DNA of 28,060 nt from a virus (Duplodnaviria; Caudoviricetes), in IMG/VR virus record IMGVR_UViG_3300005662_004829, positions 1-28,060 of that record; one strand, written 5' to 3'. The notes below the pieces were generated by a model. It made no database searches and was not told the origin of the DNA. It was given only the letters and a program-made list of their open reading frames with translations. Below, one piece after another: positions 26,780-28,060 of this stretch (the stretch's first letter is position 1; each line of letters starts with the position of its first letter). Position numbers and translations under genes: made by a program.

Positions 26780-28060
26780 TGAAATTGATCGTAAGATTAA
26801 AGAGTTAGTTGAACTCAAGAGAAAACAACAAAATAAAACATGGATTGCAGGAAAAGATTGGGTTCAGTATTCTGGATCTTATTTTGATGATGAAGAATTT
26901 ATTGCAGGAATTGATTGTTTTCTTGATGGTTGGTTAGCACTTGGTGAAAATGGGATTCGTTTTGAAAGACAGTTCCGAGAGAAACTTGGAAAGCAATATG
27001 GTGCTTTGACTAATAGTGGATCAAGTGCGAATCTTCTCATGATATCTGCTCTAAAATCAAAAAGACTTTATGGATTTACCCCTGGGACAAAAATTATAAC
27101 TCCAGCAGCTGGATTTCCAACAACTGTAAATCCGATACTCCAAAATGGATTCGCCCCAGTATTTGTAGATATCGAAATTGATACACTTAATCTTGATCTA
27201 GATCAAGTAGAGGATGCTGCTAGAAACGGTGCTAAGGCATTGGTCTTTGCCCATGTATTAGGTAATCCACCGAATATGGATCGCCTTATGGAGATTGTAA
27301 ACAAATACAATCTTATTTTACTAGAGGACTGCTGTGATGCTCTTGGTAGCAAATATGATGGTAAACTTCTAGGCTCATTTGGGCAGTTTGCATCTTGCTC
27401 ATTCTATCCAGCACATCATATTACAATGGGTGAAGGTGGATTTGTCGCGTGTCAGACAGAAGAACAAGAGACAGTTATTAAGAGTCTCCGTGAATGGGGT
27501 CGTGGATGCTATTGCTCTGGTAAGGGGGCATCCTGCCTTCGTAATGGAATGTGCAAACGAAGATTCAGTGATTGGTTGCCAAGTTTTCCTGGTGTTATAT
27601 TTGATCACAAATATGTCTATGAAGAAATTGGATATAATCTAAAACCATTAGAAATGCAAGCTGCTATTGGGTTGGTACAACTGAAAAAATTGGATAAGAT
27701 AATTGAAATTCGTAAGAAGAATTTTAATAGATTATATAATATATTTTCTAAGTATGAAGACGTGTTTCATTTGCCAAAAGCAACTGAGAAGTCTGATCCA
27801 TCTTGGTTTGCATTTCCATTGACTACACGCGATGGTGTTTATATGAAGCGTAATGATTTTACTATGTATCTTGAAGATTGTAAAATACAAACCAGAAATT
27901 ACTTTGGTGGAAATGTTTTACTTCAACCAGCATATGATGGTGTTTATTCTGGAGATGCAAAAATTGATTTTCCAGTGTCAACTAAAATTACTACTGATAC
28001 TTTCTTTCTTGGCACAAGTCCAGTCATTACTGATCAACAATTAGACTATATAGAAATGAT
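26754..28060 (+). CDS. rfbH: NDP-4-keto-6-deoxyglucose 3-dehydratase (E1, DdhC/RfbH), 3'-truncated; not in ORF track
   Basis: ATG at 26754 with AAGGA upstream; frame stays open to the window end. Reads MIIPVTTSDE...TNSGSSANLL...AAGFPTTVNP...AHVLGNP...LLEDCCDALG...SFYPAHHITMGEGG...WGRGCYCSGKGASCLRNGMC...DHKYVY..IGYNLKP. His in place of the Schiff-base Lys plus the Cys cluster are E1 hallmarks. Confidence 0.92.
   Translation, partial: MIIPVTTSDEIDRKIKELVELKRKQQNKTWIAGKDWVQYSGSYFDDEEFIAGIDCFLDGWLALGENGIRFERQFREKLGKQYGALTNSGSSANLLMISALKSKRLYGFTPGTKIITPAAGFPTTVNPILQNGFAPVFVDIEIDTLNLDLDQVEDAARNGAKALVFAHVLGNPPNMDRLMEIVNKYNLILLEDCCDALGSKYDGKLLGSFGQFASCSFYPAHHITMGEGGFVACQTEEQETVIKSLREWGRGCYCSGKGASCLRNGMCKRRFSDWLPSFPGVIFDHKYVYEEIGYNLKPLEMQAAIGLVQLKKLDKIIEIRKKNFNRLYNIFSKYEDVFHLPKATEKSDPSWFAFPLTTRDGVYMKRNDFTMYLEDCKIQTRNYFGGNVLLQPAYDGVYSGDAKIDFPVSTKITTDTFFLGTSPVITDQQLDYIEM

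Larger units (their letters stand above)
15840..28060 (+). other. Accessory glycan biosynthesis island (continues beyond window)
   Basis: Thirteen consecutive co-oriented genes for glycosyl transfer, methylation and sugar-nucleotide modification, many with overlapping stop/start codons, directly after regA. Confidence 0.9.

Noticed and set aside
27379-28044. ORFs 27379-27642, 27399-27608 and 27853-28044
   Set aside because: They lie within the continuous rfbH-like frame starting at 26754.
15840-28060. Host chromosomal LPS locus or assembly chimera joined to a phage
   Set aside because: It follows regA after 17 nt on the same strand with no att site, integrase, or export genes. A chimera cannot be fully excluded without read mapping.
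1-28060. CRISPR arrays, tRNAs, introns, inteins or homing endonucleases
   Set aside because: None seen; intergenic gaps are short and core proteins have ordinary lengths.

Overview
AT-rich fragment of a T4-like myophage genome with the gene order typical of cyanophage-type T4 relatives. All credible genes are on the + strand. Left part (1-15822) is core T4-like: portal g20 (5'-truncated), a putative prohead core protein, protease g21, an extra 289-aa gene, scaffold g22, major capsid g23, terminator, g3-like, uvsY, uvsW, an Sm-like hypothetical, late sigma g55, g47, a small ORF, g46, two small genes, g45, g44, g62 and regA. From 15840 to the end is a >12-kb glycan island: six glycosyltransferase-like genes, a SAM methyltransferase, and a sugar-nucleotide block. 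That block comprises an RmlB-like 4,6-dehydratase, a ThDP enzyme, a DmpF/DmpG-like acylating acetaldehyde dehydrogenase and 4-hydroxy-2-oxovalerate aldolase pair, an SDR, and a 3'-truncated DdhC/RfbH 3-dehydratase missing from the ORF track. The most interesting inference is that this block is a phage-encoded pathway for a C4-branched 3,6-dideoxy sugar (yersiniose/erwiniose type), possibly late-expressed for virion glycosylation. Also seen: late and sigma70-type promoters, candidate leaderless mRNAs, and a consensus antisense promoter upstream of g55. All calls come from motif recognition by eye; no searches were run.
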